A DNA stretch of 64,000 nucleotides from Patellaria atrata CBS 101060 (GCA_010093705.1 MU006090.1:248001-312000); one strand, 5' to 3'. Positions 1-13,067 are shown, counted from the first letter of the stretch. Made by a program: numbers and translations. The notes: generated from the sequence alone by a model not told the origin.

Positions 1-2
1 CA

Positions 3-2683
3 CTACCAGAAGTTGATATGGAACCGATGACAGATGCTTTCCTCACTGCGTCTGTCTTAGCTGCAGTCGCTAAACCAAATGCTAACGGTTCGACCACCAG
101 GATATCGGGTATTGCGAACCAGCGTGTGAAAGAGTGCAACCGAATTGCTGCTATGAAAGACCAGCTTGCAAAGTTTGGAGTTACCTGTCGCGAGCATGAA
201 GACGGTATCGAGATTGATGGTCGTGGGTATACCCTAGAATCGCCGAAAGATGGTGTTTACTGCTATGATGATCATCGAGTAGCAATGAGCTTCAGCGTCC
301 TTAGCCTTGTTGCTTCCCAAGCTGTCCTCATCCTGGAGAAAGATTGCACCGCAAAGACCTGGCCAGGTTGGTGGGACAACTTATCACAGTTGTTCAAAGT
401 TAACTTGGAAGGATTGGAACCCCCGGAGACAACTCATCACGGCGCTGATAGCGGCTCGTCTACGAGTCAGAAGTCTGTCTTTGTCATCGGAATGAGAGGT
501 GCTGGAAAAACAACTACAGGCGGATGGGCTGCAAAGGTTCTCCAATGGCCGCTCGTCGACCTCGATTCGGCTCTAGAAGAACAGGTTGGCATGACGATAC
601 CACAGCTCATTGAACAGAAAGGCTGGGGAGGCTTCCGTGAAGAAGAACTTAGACTTCTGGAGCAAGTTGTCAGAGAGAAACCTATGGGACATGTGTTTGC
701 CTGCGGCGGAGGGATTGTTGAGATCCCTCGCGCTCGTGAGATCTTAACCGCATACAGGAAGAATGGTGGAATTGTTCTATTGCTTACGAGGGATATCGCC
801 AAAGTCATGGAGTATCTCAATATCGACAAAACACGGCCAGCTTATGTCGAAGACATGATGGGCGTATGGCTTCGCCGAAAACCTTGGTATGAAGAATGTA
901 GCAATTTCCACTATCACAGTGAGACGGTCAATCCATCCGGTTTAACCAACACTCTCGAAGATTTTGCTCGCTTCCTTACGCTCATCACTGGCAAGACATC
1001 AGCTTTGAAGACGATCCAGACGAGGAACTTTTCATTCTTCGTATGTCTTTCCTTACCCACGATAAAGCCTTGGATTTCTCATCTGCCTGAGATTGTCGTC
1101 GGGTCCGATGCTGTTGAGCTGAGAGTAGATCTTCTCGAGGACACGTCAAGCAAGAATGGTCTTCCTTCAGTTGACTTCTTTGTCGATCAAGTTGCCCTTT
1201 TGCGTTCGGTTATTTGTTTACCGTTGATCTTTACACTCAGGACACACAGTCAGGGTGGTAAATTTCCGGATGACGCTTATGACCATGCGCTTGCTCTTTA
1301 TCGAGCCGCGTTAAGACTAGGTTTTGAGTTCCTTGACCTAGAAATCACGTCTCCGGAGAGCCTGTTGCACGAAGTTTCTGAGAAGAAAGGTTATACTAAG
1401 ATAATTGCGTCTCACCATGATCCACAAGGTCAACTTTTCTGGAGCAATGGATCCTGGATACCGCACTACAATAAAGCACTGCAATACGGGGATATCATCA
1501 AGCTGGTAGGAACAGCGAAGACTCTCCAAGATAATTTCCACCTTGCCGAATTCAAGGCTTGGGCTGAAAGTGCCCATCCAGTTCCACTTATTGCCATCAA
1601 TATGGGTGAACGCGGCAAGCTAAGTCGAATTATCAATGGCTTCATGACACCTGTCTCACACCCTAAGCTTCCATCGGCGACTGCTCCAGGACAGCTATCC
1701 GCCGCTGATATTCGACGAGGACTCTCGCTTCTAGGAGAAATCCCACTCAAGAAGTTCATGATCTTCGGTCACCCAGTGACGCAGTCTCGCTCTCCTGCAA
1801 TGCACAACAAACTCTTTGCCGAGATGGGACTACCTCACATGTACGGCTTATATGATGCATCTGAAATTACCGAAGAAGTCCAGCGCATCCTGCGTTCCCC
1901 CGACTTTGGTGGCGCTTCGGTAACAATGCCTCTAAAGCAGGACATCGAACCCTTCCTCGACGCCGTCGGTCCGGAAGTCAAGATCATCGGCGCTCTCAAC
2001 ACCATCGTTCCCGAACAAACCGTCGACGAATCCGGCAAAGAAATCACCCGTCTCGTGGGCCGAAACACGGACTGGCAAGGCATGGTCCTCGCTCTCCGCA
2101 ACGCCGGCGCCACAGGTGGCTCGAGCGGCCAAAGCGGCGTCGTCATCGGCGGAGGCGGTACCGCCCGAGCAGCCATCTACGCCCTCCACTCCATGAACTA
2201 CTCGCCCATCTTCCTCGTCGGCCGCAACGTCTCGAAGATGGAGAAACTAGCCCATAGCTTCCCGGAGGCGTATAACATCCAAGTCCTCCCCGACACCGTC
2301 TCTGTCACGGAACTCCAGCAAGCGCCCGCCGTGGCCATTGGAACCATTCCGGCTGATCTGCCCATCGAGTCCAATTTGCGGGAGATCCTGTGTCAGACGT
2401 TCGAGAAGGGAGCCAGGGAGGGCTCGGCGGCGGGGAAATTGGTGCTGTTGGAGATGACGTATAAACCCCCGGTTACCCCTTTGATGTCGTTAGCGACGAA
2501 TTATGGGTGTAAGACTATCAATGGGCTTGAGGCTCTGGTTGCGCAGGGTGTGTATCAGTTTAGGTATTGGACGGGGATTACGCCGTTGTATAGGATTGCT
2601 AGGGTATGTGTATCCAGAGTATATGATACGTGTGGATCGTACTAATCGGCTTACAGGATGCGGTTATGGGTGTGGAGTCTTGA
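3..2683 (+). CDS. ARO1: Pentafunctional AROM polypeptide, 5'-truncated by the window (end of EPSP synthase, shikimate kinase, type I 3-dehydroquinase, shikimate dehydrogenase)
   Basis: EPSPS motifs RVKECNRI and [11 protein letters not shown]; shikimate kinase P-loop GMRGAGKT; DHQase ELRVD and IIASHHD; SDH motifs [28 protein letters not shown]. Intron 2604-2656 (GTATGT...ACTAAT...CAG) gives C-terminus [10 protein letters not shown]. Confidence 0.97.
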
Positions 2684-3079
2684 GGATGGTCGGGTGGAAT
2701 AAAAGTTCTGTAGGGCCAGGATTGATCTGTTGATGATATTGGGAATTATATAAAAAGGCTAAAAGTTTCCATTACATTCGGTGCGTAAAAAGATAGATTA
2801 GAGCGCTAAAGCTCTAGAATTGGGAGACGTAACTTTGAACACGATATCTCACATCTAAGTCTTGGCTATGTTACATACCTATGCTTGAGGATACGGATGT
2901 GTAGGTTTTGATCCTGAGATTTTTCAGTAATAGGATAACGGTGTAGCTCGCGATTGGATAGGACTTTGAGGAAGTAAAGTAGCTGTACAGTCACGATCCT
3001 TACATTTCTGCTACTTTCACTGTATGATTACATTCAACTCTATCCCCTATTGCTTGTATGAGCAGCTGGGTCCAACGTC

Positions 3080-4470
3080 TCAAGCCTCGGAGCCCGAAGA
3101 GCTCACGCTCGCCGGCCTTCCCTTGCCACCGTCCTCGAGGTCCATCTTACTAGGGACGACCCGCTGACACCACCCGCACCAACTCCTCAACCTGCCCTCC
3201 TTCTCCCTCCCCAAGCTCTTCCCCTTCTCATCCTCGTAGATCTTCACGACCGCACCGACTCTGACCCTCTTCTTCACCTTCCGCTTGACCTTCCCACCGA
3301 TGCCCTCAATCTCCTGTATGAAATAGCTCCCGCCAGCCCAGCGGGCGCCCTTGACCGACTCGGGACCTTGGACCTCCAGCTCGAAGTCCGAGGCGGAAAT
3401 CTCGATCTCGTGCTCGACTTCCTTGGCTGCGAGACAGGAGGCGCCGCGGCCGCATTCGACGCCCTCGTTACCTTCGCCTATGCCAGTCCCGAGCCCGCCG
3501 TGGTGCTGCGTGTAGCAGATGCGCCAGTTCCAGCCGCGCGAATACGTCGTGTCGGCCGAGCGCAGCGAGCTCCCGCACGTCTGGCACAACCAGGTCAAGT
3601 CGGGACACGAGCATGGCGTGCGCGCGAACGCGGGCGAGGTAAACGATGGTGGATCAATGAGACTATCCAAGCTTTGTCCCCGCTCATTGACATCCGCATC
3701 AAAAGCGGAATGAGCGTGCTCGAGGTCGAGTGGCTGAACCATCAACGAAGCGAGCGGAGCGCGCACACACGTGCGACAGAGGCGGCGATGGCGCTCTTTC
3801 AGATGGGCCGGCGCGGGCGGCTTAGCCGTGCAATTCTGTCTCTGTATGTCAGATGGCTGCGAAAGGCTATTACAGTGATATGGTGCTGAGAGCCGCGCTT
3901 TGTAGTTGCGCAAGCAAGGTTCAGCGTACTCGACAGACTATCTTCCCACATCTCCTACACTCTCCAACCATGTCTCGGGCGCATTTGCCAACTTTCCCGC
4001 TGCTGAGGCGCGTGTTGAGCCCGTTGCCGCTGTGGTTGTGCCATGCATCTCGCGCGTCGAGTAGACGGGAGGCGAGGAGCTGATTGCGGTCGAGTGCCTC
4101 GTTCGAGCAGCGGAGCGAGGAGGCTATCAGCTGCCTTCGGTACTGGAGGAGGTTGACGCGAAACTGGCGACAGGTTCGCGAGAGATCGTGCAGCGAGTTC
4201 AGGTCGAGGAGAGACGCGAGCTGGGAGACGATACTAGAGACCGAAGATCAGACTCGAGAGCAAATCAGCTCTAGGGTTAACTCACGGGTAACAGCTCAAA
4301 GCAGCGGAAAAGCCATTGATGTTTGGATTAGGTCTGTCCTCTTCTTCCTGCTCGAACTTAGGAGCAACAGCACCAGACCGCAGAGGGAGCTTGTGGTGGT
4401 CAAGGAAGTTGTATTGGCCATCGCGGTGAGGATCCAGGACGTCCTCATCGAGATCGAGCAGTACGACCAT
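3080..4470 (-). CDS. Fungal hypothetical protein with F-box-like N-terminus and many CxxC pairs
   Basis: ATG 4470; introns 4285-4234 and 3929-3836 join three open exons. SCYPIVSQLASLLDLNSLHDLSRTCRQFR resembles an F-box. It is followed by CARDMVGECRRCGKIVCRNC, RLCRTC, WLCQTC and SWCGWC. Confidence 0.75.
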
Positions 4471-5133
4471 TCTTTGGGAAAGAAGAGAAGACCAGCCTCA
4501 TCGAAGCCCGTAAGCTTTGGGATGATCGATGATCGTCGGTTATAGAGGAGGGGACAGAAAGGAAAACGGCGGGGGCTGTTGTTCTGTGAGGGGGCCCTTT
4601 GGGTCTTGACAGCTTGACCATTGCCACATCATTGGTGTACAGAACTTGTTGGTAGTTTTGCCCCGCTGTATCTATACGTCAACCGTGCTCTCTACATTGA
4701 TGCAACCCCTGAATTCCATGTCTTCTTCAATAATCTATTATTGCAAGACTCTGACATAGGATTGTTGATAAAGCTATAGAAAAACTCAAGCATATCTGCT
4801 CCTGCTGGTTCAATAGATAAGCACAGTAAGTCTCCCCTTTCCATAGAGAGGTCAAAAGTATGGGATAAGGGGTAGACCTGGAGCAAGGTAAATTCTGAAA
4901 TTGACCATGAATACGGTATGTGACTTACTGTACGCCTCTAATTCTATGACACCTCTCAGATTGTAGCTATCGGCCAGTGGGATTTCGTACAAAGACAAAT
5001 TCGACATTTTGTCGTCAACGTAACAGCAAGTGCATAATGATCGAGTAGTCTCAAGCGTGAAGAGGAGCAAAGGTGTATTGATCATGAGCATTCCCTGCTA
5101 TCAAGCGGAAGCTCTTGCTCAAGGCCCATTTCC

Positions 5134-6376
5134 TCATCTACAACTTCCTCGATCATATCCATCAACTTGCATACTGAAATCGAGCTTTTCCTTCCGTCCT
5201 TCTTCATCGCAACCCAAATTTGCAGCTCGCAGAACAGCCCATCTAAGACCACTGACGCCAAAGCGCTGTCCACCCGAAAGTGCGGCTTGTGAGCTAGTGA
5301 CGATGATTTCTCCAAGGGCTTTCTGTCCTCGAGACTTTCTGGGTTGGATCTCCTCCCGAATTTCGGAGTATAGCTTCTGGAGAGTGGGTAGATTCATTGC
5401 GACACTCTGGGGCGATAGGCCCTTGTTTGATGCTAGAATCTTGTCAACCTTTGAGAGAACGATTTGATGCGGAACCCCATTTTCCCGCATCAATTGTAGC
5501 ATCTGCCTGTCCGTTGATTTGATACCATGCTCCGCATCTATAAGTAAGAATGCTCTCCGTAACCTAGCGTATGGTCAGTCCTGGAATCATTGTATGACAA
5601 TCTTAATCAACGATGAACGAAGCAATCGAGCTCGAATAAACATACTGTGTCCTCCTAGAAAGATACTTCACAATCTCCTCTCCCCATTCCCCCCTACTTC
5701 CCGACCCGTACCCTGGCATATCTGCCACTGTAACGCCACCTTTACCTATCCACCTTCTCCCCATTTCATCGTCATTCATCATCTTCCTAATCCCACCTCT
5801 ACTACCCCCAACCCCAAAAAAATTCATCGTCCGCGTCTTTCCCGGTTTCTTACTCACATATGCAATCTTTTGAACCGGTCGGTCCAGTAGAGCATTCAGT
5901 AGACTGCTTTTTCCAACATTGCTGCGGCCGAGAAATGCTACCTCGGGGGTTGAGGATGGGGGTATTTTGCGGAATTTGTCGCTCGCGAAGAGAAATTGGG
6001 GTTCAGTGTTGGTGAAGAAACGGTTTGAGTACTTGAGTTGGTGCTCGGTTGGTGGGATGGTGTCCCAGTAGGTGTTCACGTTTGTTAACCAGCCGTCGGC
6101 CGGTTTGGATAGTGCAACTGGAGCATTGGAGGGAATGGTCTGGGGAGAGGTTCGAGCTGAGGCATCTTTTTCGGCATATAGTTTTGTGTCGTGAATAGGG
6201 CTATGTACGCGAGAGTATAGCTCGGTGTTCTGGCTTGAAGTATTTGATGAAGAGAATTGATTTGAGGTCGCACGGGAAGCTGTTGAGACAGCTCGGACAG
6301 GATGGCTACGTCCTAATTCTGCGCGCCGGATGCATTTGCGGCAAACATAACCAATTGGAGAAGAAATTGGTTGCAT
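5134..6376 (-). CDS. EngB/YihA (YsxC)-family GTPase, probably mitochondrial
   Basis: G1 [18 protein letters not shown]2 KPGKT, G3 DMPGYG, G4 SKVD. Intron 5645-5564 restores [14 protein letters not shown]. The N-terminus is Arg/Ser-rich like a presequence. Confidence 0.92.
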
Positions 6377-6511
6377 CGTGTAGAAGAAGGCTGTTGAGAG
6401 AATGGAGACTCGATGCTCGACATGCATCTCCAGAAAAATGAGTGCCAAGCAACAGTCGTCACTTTCTCTCTCCCGACGCTATCAACATTCACCAAATCCC
6501 CAGACACAACC

Positions 6512-6847
6512 ATGTCGTCCCACTCCCCAGCGCTACGCTCCATCTATCGGCGGCTGCTCCGAGAGCTCCCCTCGCGCTCCCAGGGCGAAACAATTCTCTC
6601 CTCCCCATCGCCACTACAACGGCGTATCCGCAATACCATCTCCACTCCCATAGACACCACATCCGCCGTCCCCCGGATAGAAGAAGCGGAACAATTCATC
6701 CAGTACGCACAGGCGCAGAGGATGTATGCTACCCTCATTGAGAGATACAACCCGGGTATGAATATGAATGAGGAGGAGAGGGTGAGGTTGACGGCGAGAA
6801 GGGTGGGCATGAATTTACCGATTACGGATCTTTTTGAGAAGAAATGA
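6512..6847 (+). CDS. FMC1: Mitochondrial ATP synthase assembly factor FMC1-like (LYR-type)
   Basis: LRSIYRRLLREL (LYR-like) and the C-terminal YATLIERYNPGMNMNEEERVRLTARRVGMNLP signature. Confidence 0.88.
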   Translation: MSSHSPALRSIYRRLLRELPSRSQGETILSSPSPLQRRIRNTISTPIDTTSAVPRIEEAEQFIQYAQAQRMYATLIERYNPGMNMNEEERVRLTARRVGMNLPITDLFEKK

Positions 6848-7349
6848 GCACTCGGAGCGAACTTTTGGAGCTGTGGAGTTTAGATGGAACAGATGGTGCA
6901 AGAGGCCACTTCTGGGGGAAGATCGGTCATATAAAATGACTAAACCTTAAGGACCATCGTCCAGTTCTTCTTTACTGTCCAGGTACGATTTCACTCTATA
7001 TTTTGCTTACCATACGCACTCGAAACCAATGAGCTAATTATACTATAACAAGTCTATACTATCCTCCGTACTTACACCAACGAGCGAGCAAGATCTATAC
7101 GAAGCCCTAATGACTTCTACGAGATATTTTCCATGAAACCCTCAATCCATATCCATTAACATTACTCGGCCGTCACAATCTTCAAATCCACCTAAGAGTG
7201 GACAAACCCAACCCTCGTACCATATTCTCAAACCAAACCCAGCGGCCCTTCCCGAACCATCGCATGCCCAATATCCCAAACCCACAACAAACATCACACC
7301 AATATCGCACCCTTATCCCTTAAACATCCTCAAACCCCTTCCACCAAAC

Positions 7350-7641
7350 CTAACTACAACACACCAGCGCCCACCAACCCTCCCCATTCCCCCTCCCCGC
7401 CGGCCTCCTCTGCCCATGTGTAGGATGACTAAACATTCCATTAGCACACCGCTCGCCCAGATCCCCCATACAAAACGACAGGTGGTTCAAGGTTAGAAAC
7501 ATACTTCTCGCTCTTATGCCCCTGCCCCACCGGCTCCGGGTCCGGAAGCCTAGTGATATTCCCCTCGTACGGGCCGACGGGCGGTGCTCGTTTCGTGCCC
7601 ACGGTCGCGGGGACGCGCTGCCCGGTCTTGATGTTGTTCAT
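7350..7641 (-). CDS. Tentative 71-aa microprotein ending WWALVCCS
   Basis: ATG 7641 with TATAAA about 110 nt upstream. A canonical intron 7504-7429 (GTATGT...GCTAAT...TAG) keeps the frame open to TAG at 7352-7350. No recognisable family. Confidence 0.45.
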
Positions 7642-10600
7642 CGCGGCTAGTGTCTAGGTGATTTTCGACTCTGTCTGATGGTGAAGATATGGAGATAAGA
7701 TTTTTGATCCGCGCGATTGAAGGAAGGAAGCGTGTAGGTAGCGGGTTGGCTTTATATCGCGGTGGAGAAGGGCGTGAATAACAGTTTTTGATCCTATTTT
7801 AAGATCCTTTGTGTGAGTTTCGTATAGCTGTAAGGTTTGTAGTATGTTTGACCAATGCGCAGTTATACTACATATACTCCCCTCCTCTTGGACACTACTA
7901 CGCTTCAATACAAGCAACAGTTGCAACCGACGTCACCGCGGCGTGGTACAACAACACTGCCCCGATTCCTACCCGGCCGTATATGGGTATGATCGACATT
8001 GATCCATCCAATCAGAGAGGCTTGTAGGACTACCGCTTTAGGAAGGTGAGATAAGGGGGTTTTGCCTTTGGAATTGTACAAATCAAGATAAACATGTCGT
8101 GGTGCTGGAATGTATTGCTGCTCAAATTTTTACCCTTGTACTGTACCGCTACTGAGGGGCCGCTAAATCTATCAACTGGAGTTGTGATATCTCCTACCGT
8201 ACACATGGTCCGTATTCCTCGGCTGCTGTACAGGTGCTGTACAATTCAGAGTACTATACCCTTATAAAATTCCTTAAAGGTGTGCTGCTTTCACTCAGTC
8301 TAGCGTTAGTACCGCCAGAGCTATCCCATGCGATCCCCTTACTATCATCTCCTGTTCACTATTGACATCCCGCGGCCTCCGTACCGTCGCTGAACAAAAA
8401 TAGGGTGACCGTTACTTTCTCAGCATGAACCAGTTTCCAATACTGTACGGACCAGTCCTACGTACGGCGGGCGTCAGCCGTACGTTTTTGACTCTCCTTT
8501 TTGTTGAGTTCAAGACCCATCTTGCGAGCGAGCGTAAAGTATGCAAAAACCCTAGGACCGTGCGCAAGAGATAATCGATTTACCCTGGGCAATCCGCTGG
8601 TTATACATAATCAGCTCCTCGTGCAAAGTCGGTTCGTGTATGCAGTCCGCTGAACGTGTAGAGTGTGACAGTTCACTCTTATTTATACGATCACCCATGA
8701 TGCTGAATCCGTTTGTTCCTATACAATCTATTGCATTTTTGGGGGATCTGTTGTTCCCGTGCAGTCTCATCGTTGTGTACATGGTCGTAGTATCGTATCA
8801 GCCGGTCGTTTAGATAATGGGTGCAAGAAAGATGCAGTACGGCAAACTCAGGATTTCTTTACAGATGATAGGATGCTCTATAGTGTGTAAGGTGAAATGA
8901 TATTATAGCTTGTTGTAGTATCCCGATCTCCATACTCCAGTTTGAAGTAGCGTGGAAGACTCAAGTACTGAAAGAAAGGTGTATTAGTTTCGTGTCCTAG
9001 CTCTTAATCCGCGAGGTCAGTTACTGTAGTATGTATCAGATCGCTGTCAGTACGATATTCGGGTTGCATCGAGAAGTCACAAAAAGAAAATGTGTGCTTT
9101 CAGCTCATAAAGGAGAAATACAAACTCGGAAGTTATCGGTCCAACAATATAACCAATATCTACCTCCTCTTCCGTCCATATTAGTATAAGTCGGTAGCTG
9201 TATATCTTTTGTCCGGATGAAGAGATGGAATTAGATCTTGCTCTTTCCAAGTTTTTCACCTATCGAAAAAATAATTTAGAACTCTTCGCTCATCATAACC
9301 ATCCAGGACGCGTGAATGTTTTTCGTAACTTTGAATCGTCAGGTAAAATGGTCAGATCGGCCTAAGCATTACTCTCTTGACGGCTTGAAGCAGACTAGTA
9401 TTCTAGCCAGACGCACAGCAACCGTGTATCATGTTTCTGCGAAATCCCGAGATATTTATAACGCTGATGTATGTGGACCTCTGGAGTAGCGGGGTTACTC
9501 ATTCTTCAACTGACTCCTTGGGACTAAGTGACCCGTTATTCAGCTAGAGTGATCTCCTCGCAAGCAGACCGATATTGAACAAAAGCCTCATTTGACTATA
9601 CGATTTTAAGGGGTATGATCGTTCGAAGAGTCGAGAAGTGCTTGTAATCTCACATTATGTGATGGTGTTTGTCCATAGAGTAGACTATAGAGAATATCCT
9701 TGGGTCTTTCCGTGGGTAACTTGGGAGCGCATCTAAGGCCTAGAAATAAACCTGAGCATCACATAGAGGGGGACAAGAGTCAACCCTCAATTTCGGGGCG
9801 TTTGAATGTTAGATGGATATTAAACAAGTCTAAGGAGAATAAAAACGAGGCGATAATGTGTCTAGGAATGTCATGAGATGAAGCCGGTTCTCCAACTGCC
9901 GGTTTCCGAGAGCACCTGCATTGGGAAATCGGTATTACCTCCACAGTCAAAATAGAATGTAGAATAGGACAAGGAGTTTGATATACAAGGGGTACCTCGA
10001 CCGGTCCCATCAGATGCTGATCATTAACAAAATCGGCTTGAACTCCTTCCACTACAGCCTCATTCTTCAAAACATAAAAGCTACGAGTGGAAGCAAACTG
10101 TTTACTAAACAGAGCATCGATAGCAAGCCTCACTTATTAAAGGAGTAGCACGAGCCGATAGTGGACATGCGATAAGATGAATAGCTCTAGTATGATCCTG
10201 ATATTTGCTCCGAAGAGGACGATGAGGCAACACGCGCCCGAAAATATGGTGGACATAGACATAGTTCACACTATCCACCGCTTGTAAAGGCGTCCGGTCC
10301 ACTTGAGGCCAGAGATAATGTCTGTGGCGGAGTTCATCGGGTAAAACATTTTAAGGCCCTACACTGCAAGGCAAGTCCTCCCTTTCCGACTCTTTCTTTT
10401 GGTCCTGCGCATTTAGTCAAGTGTTAGAGTCCACGTAGGGAACAGAGTCGTAGAAAAGAAGGTATGGGGCGATTAGAGTTACATTTGTATTTGGGAAAGC
10501 GTTTTTGGGTTGTTCGCGATTCCACAAGACTATGTTCACTTTATCAGTAGTTGTGTTTCAATAATACCAAATAAGTTTAGGTAAATACAAGCTTAGATAG

Positions 10601-12690
10601 TATGTAGTATATCTTACTACTGATATTCTCTGTCCTAGTCGAGAGTGAGTATTCAGTAACGTGATAATAGTGTCATTTTGTTCGAATTTTGGTAGAGTTC
10701 TCCTCAAGTTTGAACAAGAAGTTGGTACTTAGCTGTTGTGCGCCCATCCATGAGATTTGAAAAAACGCAGATTATTCTATGCATCATATTGCGTCGCCAA
10801 CTCATCACCGACAGGATCATGTGTGTGTACTGGTGAACTGAGTTATGAACAAGTATGGTGAAAGTTATGTGGTGGCAAATATCCCGAAACCGGTAGCGAA
10901 CTATTACTTCTCTTCCCCGCAGAGCCCATTGGAACCTGTCATGGAAGAGAACTAGCCGATACTGAAGTCTATCATTTCAGAAGAACTCCCATCTGGCGGT
11001 GTGTTTGGCCATTGGAAAGTGAAAGTTGCAGAGTCACAACGTGTAATCCAGCCCAACGGTATGCCCCGTAGCCCATACGATCCAAGATTTATATTCACTG
11101 GAGAACTTTCTTTGGTAAAGTTGACGTCCTGTTTGTAACGTGAACAGGCACAGCGTGAAACGGAATCCTCAATGAGCTCTAATGTGCTTAAAGGAATGAA
11201 CTCTTCGTACAAATTCAATTTGAAAGATCATCAAAAATCAACCAGCAATCCCTTCCATTCGCAGAAAGTTGGAAGTCGACATATATCCGAAGTATGATAT
11301 ACTAAAATGATCCTTTAGAAAACCCTTCCAGTATGACGGGCCGCGCCTTGTTTCGACTAAGCCGTTATGTAGCCCTATCTTCCCTGCATGTAACCTGACC
11401 TCGATAATCATCTGGCCAATAAGACATCTGCTTTGTTGCGTCCTCGACAGCTGTATCAGCGAGCTCGCTTGAGTCGGGGTGGATTCCTATGCCGAAGAAT
11501 GTTTTGATAGCGTACGAGTTGGGCTTGTAGTATCGGTCCCAGTATCAGGAAACCATCGAGAGAGCCGTCTGGATAATGTTACGTGCTGATTTTGGCAACA
11601 ATAGAAGTAGCAGAATGCAAGGATGCCCTAACGGTGAATTGTGTATGATATGAAGTCCTGATGGTCGCGCCAGCATGCGCTTGCCTGTAAAAGAAGCAGA
11701 TCATTTCTTCGCATTTTCGTCCGGCATGTACAACTCACCACTACATAGACTGATCAAACTGACAGCAGATAAAATCGAATGACATGCAGGACGATGGATC
11801 GATCAGCATAGAAGATCGGCGCTGAACTGTTCCCTAGATTGTAGTTCCATGATCCCTAAATTTATAGTTCAAATGAGAAAGAAAAAGGAGAAAGAAATCA
11901 TATAACGCGGGAAAATCAAGCCTGTGTATGAATTAGCGGGTGCAATCACGGTAGCTCCATCCTCACCATGATAGATACGAGCTAAGAGGTATTGAAGGTC
12001 TGATGATGGCGAATTCGAGGTTTTATATGTTTGTACGGAGTACAACTGCAAAATGTGTTGTCGCTAACGGTCAGACGTGGAGTTAGAGCTGGCGGGCTAC
12101 GTAGCGGATCGTCGAAATGCCAACAACCCCCAACCCCTCTCTCCACCCACGAATATTCGTAGTGCATTATGAAATGGTAGAAAGCAAGAACTTGCCGCAA
12201 GGGCAAGTGACCGGATAATCCATTTAGAAAAAAAAAATGATCCCATTGCATGCCAGTTCACGTCTTTTGGGCAAATTGGGCCGTATCAGTTGGGCAGGGC
12301 GAAATGTGAGGCTGGTTGGCTTGCCTGGCAAACCCTGAAATCTGTTGTATGTTGCCACCCGAGTCCTAAATCCGTATGGAAGAACCGTGATTGAACTTGT
12401 GGCCACAAGCTTCGATGCATGTAAACCCAAGGCGTCAGATATCTTCTTATGCTTTACCCAAAAGAGAAATCTTGCTAGTACTCCGCAGGCCGAAGTATTC
12501 CTTGGACTCAATATTCCCACTACTCCCCCGGATATTTAAGGGTGGAGTAGACCTAGGAGGTCGGGCAATAGACTCGCATTATTCTCTCAACGGCGCAGCT
12601 GGTCCTGTGACTCCTAAAGTGTTCTCTGAATCCAATTGTACAGTACTTAGTATAAGGATCTGTCGTACAACTCTTGCCCCTCAAGCAGCA

Positions 12691-13067
12691 ATGGCAGCTC
12701 AACAAAGTTACTTCGTGCCCGGATATGGCATCTCAAGGGCAGTAATCCAGAGTGATATTCGATACTATTGCGGGTCAGACGCTATAGTACGACAGTATAC
12801 GCATCAGGTGAGGACCGCATCATCGTTCGTCGAAGACGCGGCGTGCTAACATGAATCCAGGGCAGAGACGGTTTCCTGGTTACAACATCTGGTCCTCCAT
12901 TGACAGAAGTAGGGATCTCGGTATTTCTAGACCTAACTTTAACTGACTTGCTCAAGGCGCAAATCCAAGATCTTAAGAACGCATCAAAAGAGTACGAGGA
13001 ACGGCAGGCGATAGCGAATGGATTTGTAAACCAGCCGATTCCCGTTGGACAACATCGTCGGAGATAG
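12691..13067 (+). CDS. 91-aa protein made only of an RfeG-like N-terminal domain
   Basis: Exons 12691-12807, 12861-12908 and 12957-13067 give MAAQQSYFVPGYGISRAVIQSDIRYYCGSDAIVRQYTHQGRDGFLVTTSGPPLTEAQIQDLKNASKEYEERQ... This resembles the FVPGDGI-REVITADIQRYLG-DA-VR...GY...LT..MI.DLK..S pattern recalled from RfeG-annotated proteins. Confidence 0.8.

Noticed and set aside
3368..3889. 173-aa plus-strand ORF and similar antisense ORFs over GC-rich genes (e.g. 14587-15171, 20005-20454, 42273-42830)
   Set aside because: Shadow frames of real genes on the opposite strand, expected from codon bias.
6413..6511. Longer N-termini in the ORF track for FMC1 (6413) and EngB (6448) that would make the two genes overlap
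   Set aside because: The extensions add no motifs. ATG 6512 and ATG 6376 give family-typical starts.
8000..12600. Short ORFs in the long intergenic region (e.g. 9780-10133, 10105-10302, 10952-11218)
   Set aside because: Mostly non-ATG starts, no recognisable motifs, and no consistent splice path joining them.
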